Source: Balanoglossus misakiensis (taxonomy: Eukaryota > Animalia > Hemichordata). Taken from it: a stretch of DNA of 64,000 bases. Each line of letters begins with the position of its first letter. The stretch's first letter is position 1. Location of the stretch: the NCBI GenBank assembly GCA_040954595.2, contig CM082577.2:2108001-2172000 (forward strand), in the 5' to 3' direction. Below, piece after piece: positions 40,827-52,605 of the stretch. The position numbers and the translations under genes were made by a program. Below the pieces are notes generated by a model. It searched no databases and was not told where the DNA came from. It worked only from the letters and a program-made list of their open reading frames with translations.

Positions 40827-42414
40827 GGGAAGCTACTTTGATATGACATTGAACTTTGAGCGGGAGACTCAAAGATATTGCACCGAAGTCCAATAGTTGT
40901 AAATTTTGGTGAATTATTTAATATCGACAGGAGTGGTCAAGTTTACGTGCCCTTGTGCAAAGGTTTGTTTATAGACCTTTCATTACCTGGGTAAAGACAC
41001 ACAGGAGATTTATAATACTAGGTGCGTTCACTTATTAGATTTAAAAACATAAATTCAGGAGTTGATATCATTCCGATGAAATAGGCTATACGCTGTATTA
41101 CGATGCGTAGCTCGGCGAGCGAACGTAGACACACAACCTAAACGCAACTGTATCAAACGTCACGGTGACCATGGTGACAGCCACTGGAACCTTTGGATCA
41201 AAGAGCCATTGAAGTCTGGTTCCAACTCCGATGCGATCTGACGAACGATAACCATCAAATCCAGTTGCTTGGTCGCAATGTTTCCAAATTGGAATTATTT
41301 TTGCAGCTTTCAGACAGTTCAAGTTGAACTATGTCGCAGATAGCTTGGGTTATAGGCCTAAGCACCTTTTACTATAAATAACAGTTATATGATATTTACG
41401 TTTGCATTTCCAACATTTGTGATCCATTTGCTATATCACCGCACCAAAGCTTAGAGCACAAGCATGATTTTGCGAGAACATTTAGACTTTAATGCGAACT
41501 GCCAGGAATTTTACTACACACGTTTTTGCAACACACAGATGGAGACTTGTAAATGAAATTATTTCGGAGCCATTTTGCTCGAATTATCTAAATTCTGTGA
41601 TATTTTACACAATGCGCTGTTATAGTATAATAATATGCACAACTTTCGAGTTAATATTTTTGTTTTGTTTGCAAAGGCTGGTGAATTCGAACTGGTATTT
41701 GACAGTCATTAAGGTATCTCAGGAGTTTGTAATGAAATTGAATTTTAAATTTAAGCAGATAAAACTGATGTATGATTTCCATTTACAGTACTAATAGCAA
41801 GATTGGCATAAATATCTTTGACTTTCTCCTGAATAGTGCCCGCTTCTGCTATATTCGCTTGCATTTACACTAAAATAGTCCCAGTCATAGTTTAGAAAGA
41901 AAACGGGAAGGCCCGTCTTGAAAGTAGTTCCGGGCACACAGTGAAGAAACCAGTATCTGATGAGTGTTGATCAATACCAGATTCATGACAGTACTAAAGC
42001 GACCTTTTCGCAACCAACTCTTGTCTCGGCACGACAATGTCGGCGCATGATATTTTCCAATATATGGTATAAAAAGTTTAGGACAATGTATACAGCTCTG
42101 TTAACCGTAGGCTAGAATGGTTACAAATTACTATGTAGTTGATGTTCAACCCAGATCAGACTCAAGTAGAAATGTAAAGTTTGACATGGAACAGTTCCAC
42201 ATGTCACAATTTTTACTGCATCTCAATATATGTAAACAATTATATGCCTACGCATTACAGTCCATATATGAATTAAAAAAGACTTAATTTCTTCTTTTTT
42301 TTAAAAGAAAGACATTTCTGACAGGAGCCTGCCTGTTTAAAACTAGTATTGACATGAGATTTTTAGTTCTGTAAAATTATGGAAATGTGCAGATACAATC
42401 TACTTGCACTGAAA

Positions 42415-42760
42415 CTCAAAAAATGAAAAAATCTCGACATGAGCGAAATTCACAATGTCGAGATTTTTTCATTTTTTGAGCGTGTATGAGTTAGAATCCA
42501 TGCATGAGACATAAAAATTTCAAAATGAGCGAAATTAAGAATGTCGAGATTTTTTCATTTTTTGAGCGTGTATGAGTTAGAATCCATGCATGAGACATGA
42601 ACATTTCAAAATGAGCGAAATTAAGAATGTCGAGATTTTTTCATTTTTTGAGCGTGTATGAGTTAGAATCCATGCATGAGACATGAAAATGTCAAAATGA
42701 GCGAAATTCACAATGTCGAGATTTTTTTCATTTTTTGAGCGTGTATGAGTTAGAATCCAC
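42415..42760. repeat. Satellite array A (left): 86-bp monomer, ~3.7 copies, preceded by a 26-bp inverted copy
   Basis: ATGAGCGAAATT recurs at 42439, 42525, 42611 and 42697. 42415-42440 is the exact reverse complement of 42455-42480. Confidence 0.95.
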
Positions 42761-42911
42761 GCTCATTTTGACATTTTCATGACGTAATGCATTTTTGCAT
42801 AGGATCTGTTCACTTGTGTATTTCTTGATTTTTTCTGCATTCTGTACAGGTCAATGGCAATAAAGGATGTATTCCACATATTCATTTGCATAGGTTTCCT
42901 ACTGACAAAAA
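42761..42911. repeat. 151-bp block U, copy 1 (direct repeat of 51633-51783)
   Basis: GCTCATTTTGACATTTTCATG...GGTTTCCTACTGACAAAAA occurs twice; I count three substitutions between the copies. Contains AATAAA at 42859. Confidence 0.95.
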
Positions 42912-45900
42912 TCATGGGTTATAGCTCATGAAAATCATCCACAAATGACAATTTTTCGACTTTCCGAGATATCAAAATTTCTTCATTTTTTCGAAAAAAT
43001 CATGGGTTATAGCTCATGAAAATCATCCAAAAATGACAATTTTTCGACTTTCCGAGATATCAAAATTTCTTCTTTTTTTCGAAAAAATCATGGGTTATAG
43101 CTCATAAAAATCATCCACAAATGACAATTTTTCGACTTTTTGAGATATCAAAATTTCTTCATTTTTTCGAAAAAATCATGGGTTATAGCTCATGAAAATC
43201 ATCCAAAAATGACAATTTTTCGACTTTCCGAGATATCAAAATTTCTTCATTTTTTCGAAAAAATCATGGGTTATAGCTCATGAAAATCATCCAAAAATGA
43301 CAATTTTTCGACTTTCCGAGATATCAAAATTTCTTCATTTTTTCGAAAAAAATCATGGGTTATAGCTCATGAAAATCATCCAAAAATGACAATTTTTCGA
43401 CTTTCCGAGATATCAAAATTTCTTCATTTTTTCGAAAAAATCATGGGTTATAGCTCATGAAAATCATCCACAAATGACAATTTTTCGACTTTCCGAGATA
43501 TCAAAATTTCTTCATTTTTTCGAAAAAATCATGGGTTATAGCTCATGAAAATCATCCAAAAATGACAATTTTTCGACTTTTCGAGATATCAAAATTTCTT
43601 CATTTTTTCGAAAAAATCATGGGTTATAGCTCATGAAAATCATCCACAAATGACAATTTTTCGACTTTTCGAGATATCAAAATTTCTTCTTTTTTTCGAA
43701 AAAATCATGGGTTATAGCTCATGAAAATCATCCACAAATGACAATTTTTCGACTTTCCGAGATATGAAAATTTCTTCATTTTTTCGAAAAAATCATGGGT
43801 TATAGCTCATGAAAATCATCCACAAATGACAATTTTTCGACTTTCCGAGATATCAAAATTTCTTCATTTTTTCGAAAAAATCATGGGTTATAGCTCATGA
43901 AAATCATCCAAAAATGACAATTTTTCGACTTTCCGAGATATCAAAATTTCTTCATTTTTTCGAAAAAATCATGGGTTATAGCTCATGAAAATCATCCAAA
44001 AATGACAATTTTTCGACTTTCCGAGATATCAAAATTTCTTCATTTTTTCGAAAAAATCATGGGTTATAGCTCATGAAAATCATCCAAAAATGACAATTTT
44101 TCGACTTTCCGAGATATCAAAATTTCTTCATTTTTTCGAAAAAATCATGGGTTATAGCTCATGAAAATCATCCAAAAATGACAATTTTTCGACTTTCCGA
44201 GATATCAAAATTTCTTCATTTTTTCGAAAAAATCATGGGTTATAGCTCATGAAAATCATCCACAAATGACAATTTTTCGACTTTCCGAGATATGAAAATT
44301 TCTTCATTTTTTCGAAAAAATCATGGGTTATAGCTCATGAAAATCATCCACAAATGACAATTTTTCGACTTTCCGAGATATGAAAATTTCTTCATTTTTT
44401 CGAAAAAATCATGGGTTATAGCTCATGAAAATCATCCAAGAATGACAATTTTTCGACTTTCCGAGATATGAAAATTTCTTCATTTTTTCGAAAAAATCAT
44501 GGGTTATAGCTCATGAAAATCATCCAAGAATGACAATTTTTCGACTTTCCGAGATATCAAAATTTCTTCATTTTTTCGAAAAAATCATGGGTTATAGCTC
44601 ATGAAAATCATCCAAGAATGACAATTTTTCGACTTTCCGAGATATCAAAATTTCTTCATTTTTTCGAAAAAATCATGGGTTATAGCTCATGAAAATCATC
44701 CAAAAATGACAATTTTTCGACTTTCCGAGATATCAAAATTTCTTCATTTTTTCGAAAAAATCATGGGTTATAGCTCATGAAAATCATCCAAAAATGACAA
44801 TTTTTCGACTTTCCGAGATATCAAAATTTCTTCATTTTTTCGAAAAAATCATGGGTTATAGCTCATGAAAATCATCCACAAATGACAATTTTTCGACTTT
44901 CCGAGATATCAAAATTTCTTCATTTTTTCGAAAAAATCATGGGTTATAGCTCATGAAAATCATCCAAAAATGACAATTTTTCGACTTTCCGAGATATCAA
45001 AATTTCTTCATTTTTTCGAAAAAATCATGGGTTATAGCTCATGAAAATCATCCACAAATGACAATTTTTCGACTTTCCGAGATATCAAAATTTCTTCATT
45101 TTTTCGAAAAAATCATGGGTTATAGCTCATGAAAATCATCCACAAATGACAATTTTTCGACTTTCCGAGATATCAAAATTTCTTCATTTTTTCGAAAAAA
45201 TCATGGGTTATAGCTCATGAAAATCATCCACAAATGACAATTTTTCGACTTTCCGAGATATCAAAATTTCTTCATTTTTTCGAAAAAATCATGGGTTATA
45301 GCTCATGAAAATCATCCAAAAATGACAATTTTTCGACTTTCCGAGATATGAAAATTTCTTCATTTTTTCGAAAAAATCATGGGTTATAGCTCATGAAAAT
45401 CATCCAAAAATGACAATTTTTCGACTTTCCGAGATATCAAAATTTCTTCATTTTTTCGAAAAAATCATGGGTTATAGCTCATGAAAATCATCCGCAAATG
45501 ACAATTTTTCGACTTTCCGAGATATCAAAATTTCTTCATTTTTTCGAAAAAATCATGGGTTATAGCTCATGAAAATCATCCACAAATGACAATTTTTCGA
45601 CTTTCCGAGATATCAAAATTTCTTCATTTTTTCGAAAAAATCATGGGTTATAGCTCATGAAAATCATCCACAAATGACAATTTTTCGACTTTCCGAGATA
45701 TCAAAATTTCTTCATTTTTTCGAAAAAATCATGGGTTATAGCTCATGAAAATCATCCAAAAATGACAATTTTTCGACTTTCCGAGATATCAAAATTTCTT
45801 CATTTTTTCGAAAAAATCATGGGTTATAGCTCATGAAAATCATCCACAAATGACAATTTTTCGACTTTCCGAGATATCAAAATTTCTTCATTTTTTCGAA

Positions 45901-48900
45901 AAAATCATGGGTTATAGCTCATGAAAATCATCCACAAATGACAATTTTTCGACTTTCCGAGATATCAAAATTTCTTCATTTTTTCGAAAAAATCATGGGT
46001 TATAGCTCATGAAAATCATCCAAAAATGACAATTTTTCGACTTTCCGAGATATCAAAATTTCTTCATTTTTTTAGAAAAAATCATGGGTTATAGCTCATG
46101 AAAATCATCCAAAAATGACAATTTTTCGACTTTCCGAGATATCAAAATTTCTTCATTTTTTCGAAAAAATCATGGGTTATAGCTCATGAAAATCATCCAC
46201 AAATGACAATTTTTCGACTTTCCGAGATATCAAAATTTCTTCATTTTTTCGAAAAAATCATGGGTTATAGCTCATGAAAATCATCCACAAATGACAATTT
46301 TTCGACTTTCCGAGATATCAAAATTTCTTCATTTTTTCGAAAAAATCATGGGTTATAGCTCATGAAAATCATCCACAAATGACAATTTTTCGACTTTCCG
46401 AGATATCAAAATTTCTTCATTTTTTCGAAAAAATCATGGGTTATAGCTCATGAAAATCATCCACAAATGACAATTTTTCGACTTTCCGAGATATCAAAAT
46501 TTCTTCATTTTTTCGAAAAAATCATGGGTTATAGCTCATGAAAATCATCCAAAAATGACAATTTTTCGACTTTCCGAGATATCAAAATTTCTTCATTTTT
46601 TTCGAAAAAATCATGGGTTATAGCTCATGAAAATCATCCAAAAATGACAATTTTTCGACTTTCCGAGATATCAAAATTTCTTCATTTTTTCGAAAAAATC
46701 ATGGGTTATAGCTCATGAAAATCATCCACAAATGACAATTTTTCGACTTTCCGAGATATCAAAATTTCTTCTTTTTTTCGAAAAAATCATGGGTTATAGC
46801 TCATGAAAATCATCCACAAATGACAATTTTTCGACTTTCCGAGATATCAAAATTTCTTCATTTTTTCGAAAAAATCATGGGTTATAGCTCATGAAAATCA
46901 TCCAAAAATGACAATTTTTCGACTTTCCGAGATATCAAAATTTCTTCATTTTTTCGAAAAAATCATGGGTTATAGCTCATGAAAATCATCCAAAAATGAC
47001 AATTTTTCGACTTTCCGAGATATCAAAATTTCTTCATTTTTTCGAAAAAATCATGGGTTATAGCTCATGAAAATCATCCGCAAATGACAATTTTTTGACT
47101 TTCCGAGATATCAAAATTTCTTCATTTTTTCGAAAAAATCATGGGTTATAGCTCATGAAAATCATCCGCAAATGACAATTTTTCGACTTTCCGAGATATC
47201 AAAATTTCTTCATTTTTTCGAAAAAATCATGGGTTATAGCTCATGAAAATCATCCACAAATGACAATTTTTCGACTTTCCGAGATATCAAAATTTCTTCA
47301 TTTTTTCGAAAAAATCATGGGTTATAGCTCATGAAAATCATCCACAAATGACAATTTTTCGACTTTCCGAGATATCAAAATTTCTTCATTTTTTCGAAAA
47401 AATCATGGGTTATAGCTCATGAAAATCATCCACAAATGACAATTTTTCGACTTTCCGAAATATGAAAATTTCTTCATTTTTTCGAAAAAATCATGGGTTA
47501 TAGCTCATGAAAATCATCCAAAAATGACAATTTTTCGACTTTCCGAGATATCAAAATTTCTTCATTTTTTCGAAAAAATCATGGGTTATAGCTCATGAAA
47601 ATCATCCAAGAATGACAATTTTTCGACTTTCCGAGATATCAAAATTTCTTCATTTTTTCGAAAAAATCATGGGTTATAGCTCATGAAAATCATCCAAGAA
47701 TGACAATTTTTCGACTTTCCGAGATATCAAAATTTCTTCATTTTTTCGAAAAAATCATGGGTTATAGCTCATGAAAATCATCCAAGAATGACAATTTTTC
47801 GACTTTCCGAGATATCAAAATTTCTTCATTTTTTCGAAAAAATCATGGGTTATAGCTCATGAAAATCATCCACAAATGACAATTTTTCGACTTTCCGAGA
47901 TATCAAAATTTCTTCATTTTTTCGAAAAAATCATGGGTTATAGCTCATGAAAATCATCCACAAATGACAATTTTTCGACTTTCCGAGATATCAAAATTTC
48001 TTCATTTTTTCGAAAAAATCATGGGTTATAGCTCATGAAAATCATCCAAAAATGACAATTTTTCGACTTTCCGAGATATCAAAATTTCTTCATTTTTTCG
48101 AAAAAATCATGGGTTATAGCTCATGAAAATCATCCAAAAATGACAATTTTTCGACTTTCCGAGATATCAAAATTTCTTCATTTTTTCGAAAAAATCATGG
48201 GTTATAGCTCATGAAAATCATCCACAAATGACAATTTTTCGACTTTCCGAGATATCAAAATTTCTTCATTTTTTCGAAAAAATCATGGGTTATAGCTCAT
48301 GAAAATCATCCACAAATGACAATTTTTCGACTTTCCGAGATATCAAAATTTCTTCATTTTTTCGAAAAAATCATGGGTTATAGCTCATGAAAATCATCCA
48401 CAAATGACAATTTTTCGACTTTCCGAGATATCAAAATTTCTTCATTTTTTCGAAAAAATCATGGGTTATAGCTCATGAAAATCATCCGCAAATGACAATT
48501 TTTCGACTTTCCGAGATATCAAAATTTCTTCATTTTTTCGAAAAAATCATGGGTTATAGCTCATGAAAATCATCCGCAAATGACAATTTTTCGACTTTCC
48601 GAGATATCAAAATTTCTTCATTTTTTCGAAAAAATCATGGGTTATAGCTCATGAAAATCATCCACAAATGACAATTTTTCGACTTTCCGAGATATCAAAA
48701 TTTCTTCATTTTTTCGAAAAAATCATGGGTTATAGCTCATGAAAATCATCCACAAATGACAATTTTTCGACTTTCCGAGATATCAAAATTTCTTCATTTT
48801 TTCGAAAAAATCATGGGTTATAGCTCATGAAAATCATCCACGAATGACAATTTTTCGACTTTCCGAGATATCAAAATTTCTTCATTTTTTCGAAAAAATC

Positions 48901-51090
48901 ATGGGTTATAGCTCATGAAAATCATCCACAAATGACAATTTTTCGACTTTCCGAGATATCAAAATTTCTTCATTTTTTCGAAAAAATCATGGGTTATAGC
49001 TCATGAAAATCATCCAAAAATGACAATTTTTCGACTTTCCGAGATATCAAAATTTCTTCATTTTTTCGAAAAAATCATGGGTTATAGCTCATGAAAATCA
49101 TCCACAAATGACAATTTTTCGACTTTCCGAGATATCAAAATTTCTTCATTTTTTCGAAAAAATCATGGGTTATAGCTCATGAAAATCATCCAAAAATGAC
49201 AATTTTTCGACTTTCCGAGATATCAAAATTTCTTCATTTTTTCGAAAAAATCATGGGTTATAGCTCATGAAAATCATCCACAAATGACAATTTTTCGACT
49301 TTCCGAGATATCAAAATTTCTTCATTTTTTCGAAAAAATCATGGGTTATAGCTCATGAAAATCAACCACAAATGACAATTTTTCGACTTTCCGAGATATC
49401 AAAATTTCTTCATTTTTTCGAAAAAATCATGGGTTATAGCTCATGAAAATCATCCGCAAATGACAATTTTTCGACTTTCCGAGATATCAAAATTTCTTCA
49501 TTTTTTCGAAAAAATCATGGGTTATAGCTCATGAAAATCATCCACAAATGACAATTTGTGGACTTTCCGAGATATCAAAATTTCTTCATTTTTTCGAAAA
49601 AATCATGGGTTATAGCTCATGAAAATCATCCACAAATGACAATTTGTGGACTTTCCGAGATATCAAAATTTCTTCATTTTTTCGAAAAAATCATGGGTTA
49701 TAGCTCATGAAAATCATCCAAAAATGACAATTTTTCGACTTTCCGAGATATCAAAATTTCTTCATTTTTTCGAAAAAATCATGGGTTATAGCTCATGAAA
49801 ATCATCCACAAATGACAATTTTTCGACTTTCCGAGATATCAAAATTTCTTCATTTTTTCGAAAAAATCATGGGTTATAGCTCATGAAAATCATCCAAAAA
49901 TGACAATTTTTCGACTTTCCGAGATATCAAAATTTCTTCATTTTTTCGAAAAAATCATGGGTTATAGCTCATGAAAATCATCCACAAATGACAATTTTTC
50001 GACTTTCCGAGATATCAAAATTTCTTCATTTTTTCGAAAAAATCATGGGTTATAGCTCATGAAAATCAACCACAAATGACAATTTTTCGACTTTCCGAGA
50101 TATCAAAATTTCTTCATTTTTTCGAAAAAATCATGGGTTATAGCTCATGAAAATCATCCGCAAATGACAATTTTTCGACTTTCCGAGATATCAAAATTTC
50201 TTCATTTTTTCGAAAAAATCATGGGTTATAGCTCATGAAAATCAACCACAAATGACAATTTTTCGACTTTCCGAGATATCAAAATTTCTTCATTTTTTCG
50301 AAAAAATCATGGGTTATAGCTCATGAAAATCATCCACAAATGACAATTTTTCGACTTTCCGAGATATCAAAATTTCTTCATTTTTTCGAAAACATCATGG
50401 GTTATAGCTCATGAAAATCATCCACAAATGACAATTTTTCGACTTTCCGAGATATCAAAATTTCTTCATTTTTTCGAAAACATCATGGGTTATAGCTCAT
50501 GAAAATCATCCAAAAATGACAATTTTTCGACTTTCCGAGATATCAAAATTTCTTCATTTTTTCGAAAAAATCATGGGTTATAGCTCATGAAAATCATCCA
50601 CAAATGACAATTTTTCGACTTTCCGAGATATCAAAATTTCTTCATTTTTTCGAAAAAATCATGGGTTATAGCTCATGAAAATCATCCGCAAATGACAATT
50701 TTTCGACTTTCCGAGATATCAAAATTTCTTCATTTTTTCGAAAAAATCATGGGTTATAGCTCATGAAAATCATCCGCAAATGACAATTTTTCGACTTTCC
50801 GAGATATCAAAATTTCTTCATTTTTTCGAAAAAATCATGGGTTATAGCTCATGAAAATCATCCACAAATGACAATTTTTCGACTTTCCGAGATATCAAAA
50901 TTTCTTCATTTTTTCGAAAAAATCATGGGTTATAGCTCATGAAAATCATCCGCAAATGACAATTTTTCGACTTTCCGAGATATCAAAATTTCTTCATTTT
51001 TTCGAAAAAATCATGGGTTATAGCTCATGAAAATCATCCACAAATGACAATTTTTCGACTTTCCGAGATATCAAAATTTCTTCATTTTTC
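42912..51090. repeat. Satellite array B: 88-bp monomer, ~93 near-identical tandem copies
   Basis: Monomer TCATGGGTTATAGCTCATGAAAATCATCCACAAATGACAATTTTTCGACTTTCCGAGATATCAAAATTTCTTCATTTTTTCGAAAAAA. Period 88 (43441 to 43529; 43441 to 44761 = 15 x 88). Confidence 0.98.
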
Positions 51091-51632
51091 GAGCGTGTAT
51101 GAATTAGAATCCATGCATGAGACATGAAAATGTCAAAATGAGCGAAATTCACAATGTCGAGATTTTTTCATTTTTTGACAGTGTATGAGTTAGAATCCAT
51201 GCATGAGACATGAAAATGTCAAAATGAGCGAAATTCACAATGTCGAGATTTTTTTCATTTTTTGAGCGTGTATGAGTTAGAATCCATGCATGAGACATGA
51301 AAATGTCCAAATGAGCGAAATTCACAATGTCGAGTTTTTTTCATTTTTTGAGTGTGTATGAGTTAGAATCCACGCATGAGACATGAAAATGTCCAAATGA
51401 GCGAAATTCACAATGTCGAGTTTTTTTCATTTTTTGAGCGTGTATGAGTTAGAATCCATGCATGAGACATGAAAATGTCAAAATGAGCGAAATTCAGAAT
51501 GTCGAGATTTTTTTCATTTTTTGAGCGTGTATGAGTTAGAATCCATGCATGAGACATGAAAATGTCAAAATGAGTGAAAGTCACAATGTCGAGTTTTTTC
51601 ATTTTTTTGAGCGTGTATGAGTTAGAATCCAC
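51091..51632. repeat. Satellite array A (right): 86-87-bp monomer, ~6 copies
   Basis: Same monomer as 42439-42760 (GACATGAAAATGTC at 51121, 51207 and onward). Confidence 0.95.
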
Positions 51633-51783
51633 GCTCATTTTGACATTTTCATGCCGTAATGCATTTTTGCATAGGATCTGTTCACTTGTGTATTTCTTGA
51701 TTTTTTCTGCATTCTGTACAGGTCAATGGCAATAAAGGATGTATTCTAAATATTCATTTGCATAGGTTTCCTACTGACAAAAA
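51633..51783. repeat. 151-bp block U, copy 2
   Basis: Direct repeat of 42761-42911; AATAAA at 51731. Confidence 0.95.
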
Positions 51784-51928
51784 TTAGAAGTGTTTTGACA
51801 GAATCTATTTTTTAATACAGTTCCCCCATACACTTATTTTGTCTCTTGGCATCAGACTTTATGAGAAATTAACAAACATTAGCAGAGCACACTTCACACA
51901 ACAGACAGTTATATCACACAACTTTTAG

Positions 51929-51934
51929 TTTATT
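51929..51934 (-). terminator. Candidate COX10 poly(A) signal
   Basis: AATAAA on the minus strand ~670 nt downstream of the COX10 stop, followed by GT-rich sequence. Confidence 0.5.
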
Positions 51935-52605
51935 GTCTTCACAATGAAACACAAGAAACACATTGTACTGGGCCTGTTCTCATCAGAACACAGCAAATCC
52001 AATTTCACTGACTCATTTGGAGTTTGCGTACATTTTAGAGGCCCAGATATCACACTTATGAAGTTAAAATAATAAGTATAAGTACCGTATATTGATAAAA
52101 TTTGAAATTACAGTGATTCTTCAGAATCAATAGTGATATTTGTTTGTTTATAAAAAAGTCTGATTTATGTACAATACACTGCAACGACAACATCTATGTT
52201 CTAGCAGTTCTGGTATGATAATTCTACCAACTTCTTGCAGTGCAAGCGCACTATGCTCAGTGAGAGCTGAGAGTTGGCAGTCAGGTATCCACAGATGTTT
52301 GGGAGCACAAGTCAGGGTAGCCAAACTGCTTCATTACCAAGTTCATTCTGACATTTTCACAGTCACATATCCGTTGCTCGCCACGACAATCCTGGTCTCA
52401 AGGTTCAGTCTACGAAGTGAATAAGGATTGTCCGTTCTTGATGACGTTTTTCAGGTGCATCTGTGCAGCACAAACTAATGCCTGAAAGTTTGCAAAAGCA
52501 GCATTGTGGGCGACGACACGTCTTGCATAGAAACTTCTATAAAACACACAATAAATATGTGTAACTTTTGTTTCTCTTGAGTCCTCCAACACACAGACTT
52601 GCACA

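Noticed and set aside
42912-51090. CRISPR array interpretation of the long repeat
   Set aside because: Units are contiguous and near-identical with no unique spacers, there are no cas genes, and the context is a eukaryotic intron-containing genome.
51408-51638. Repetitive ORF within satellite A
   Set aside because: Translation of the tandem repeat, with no gene structure.
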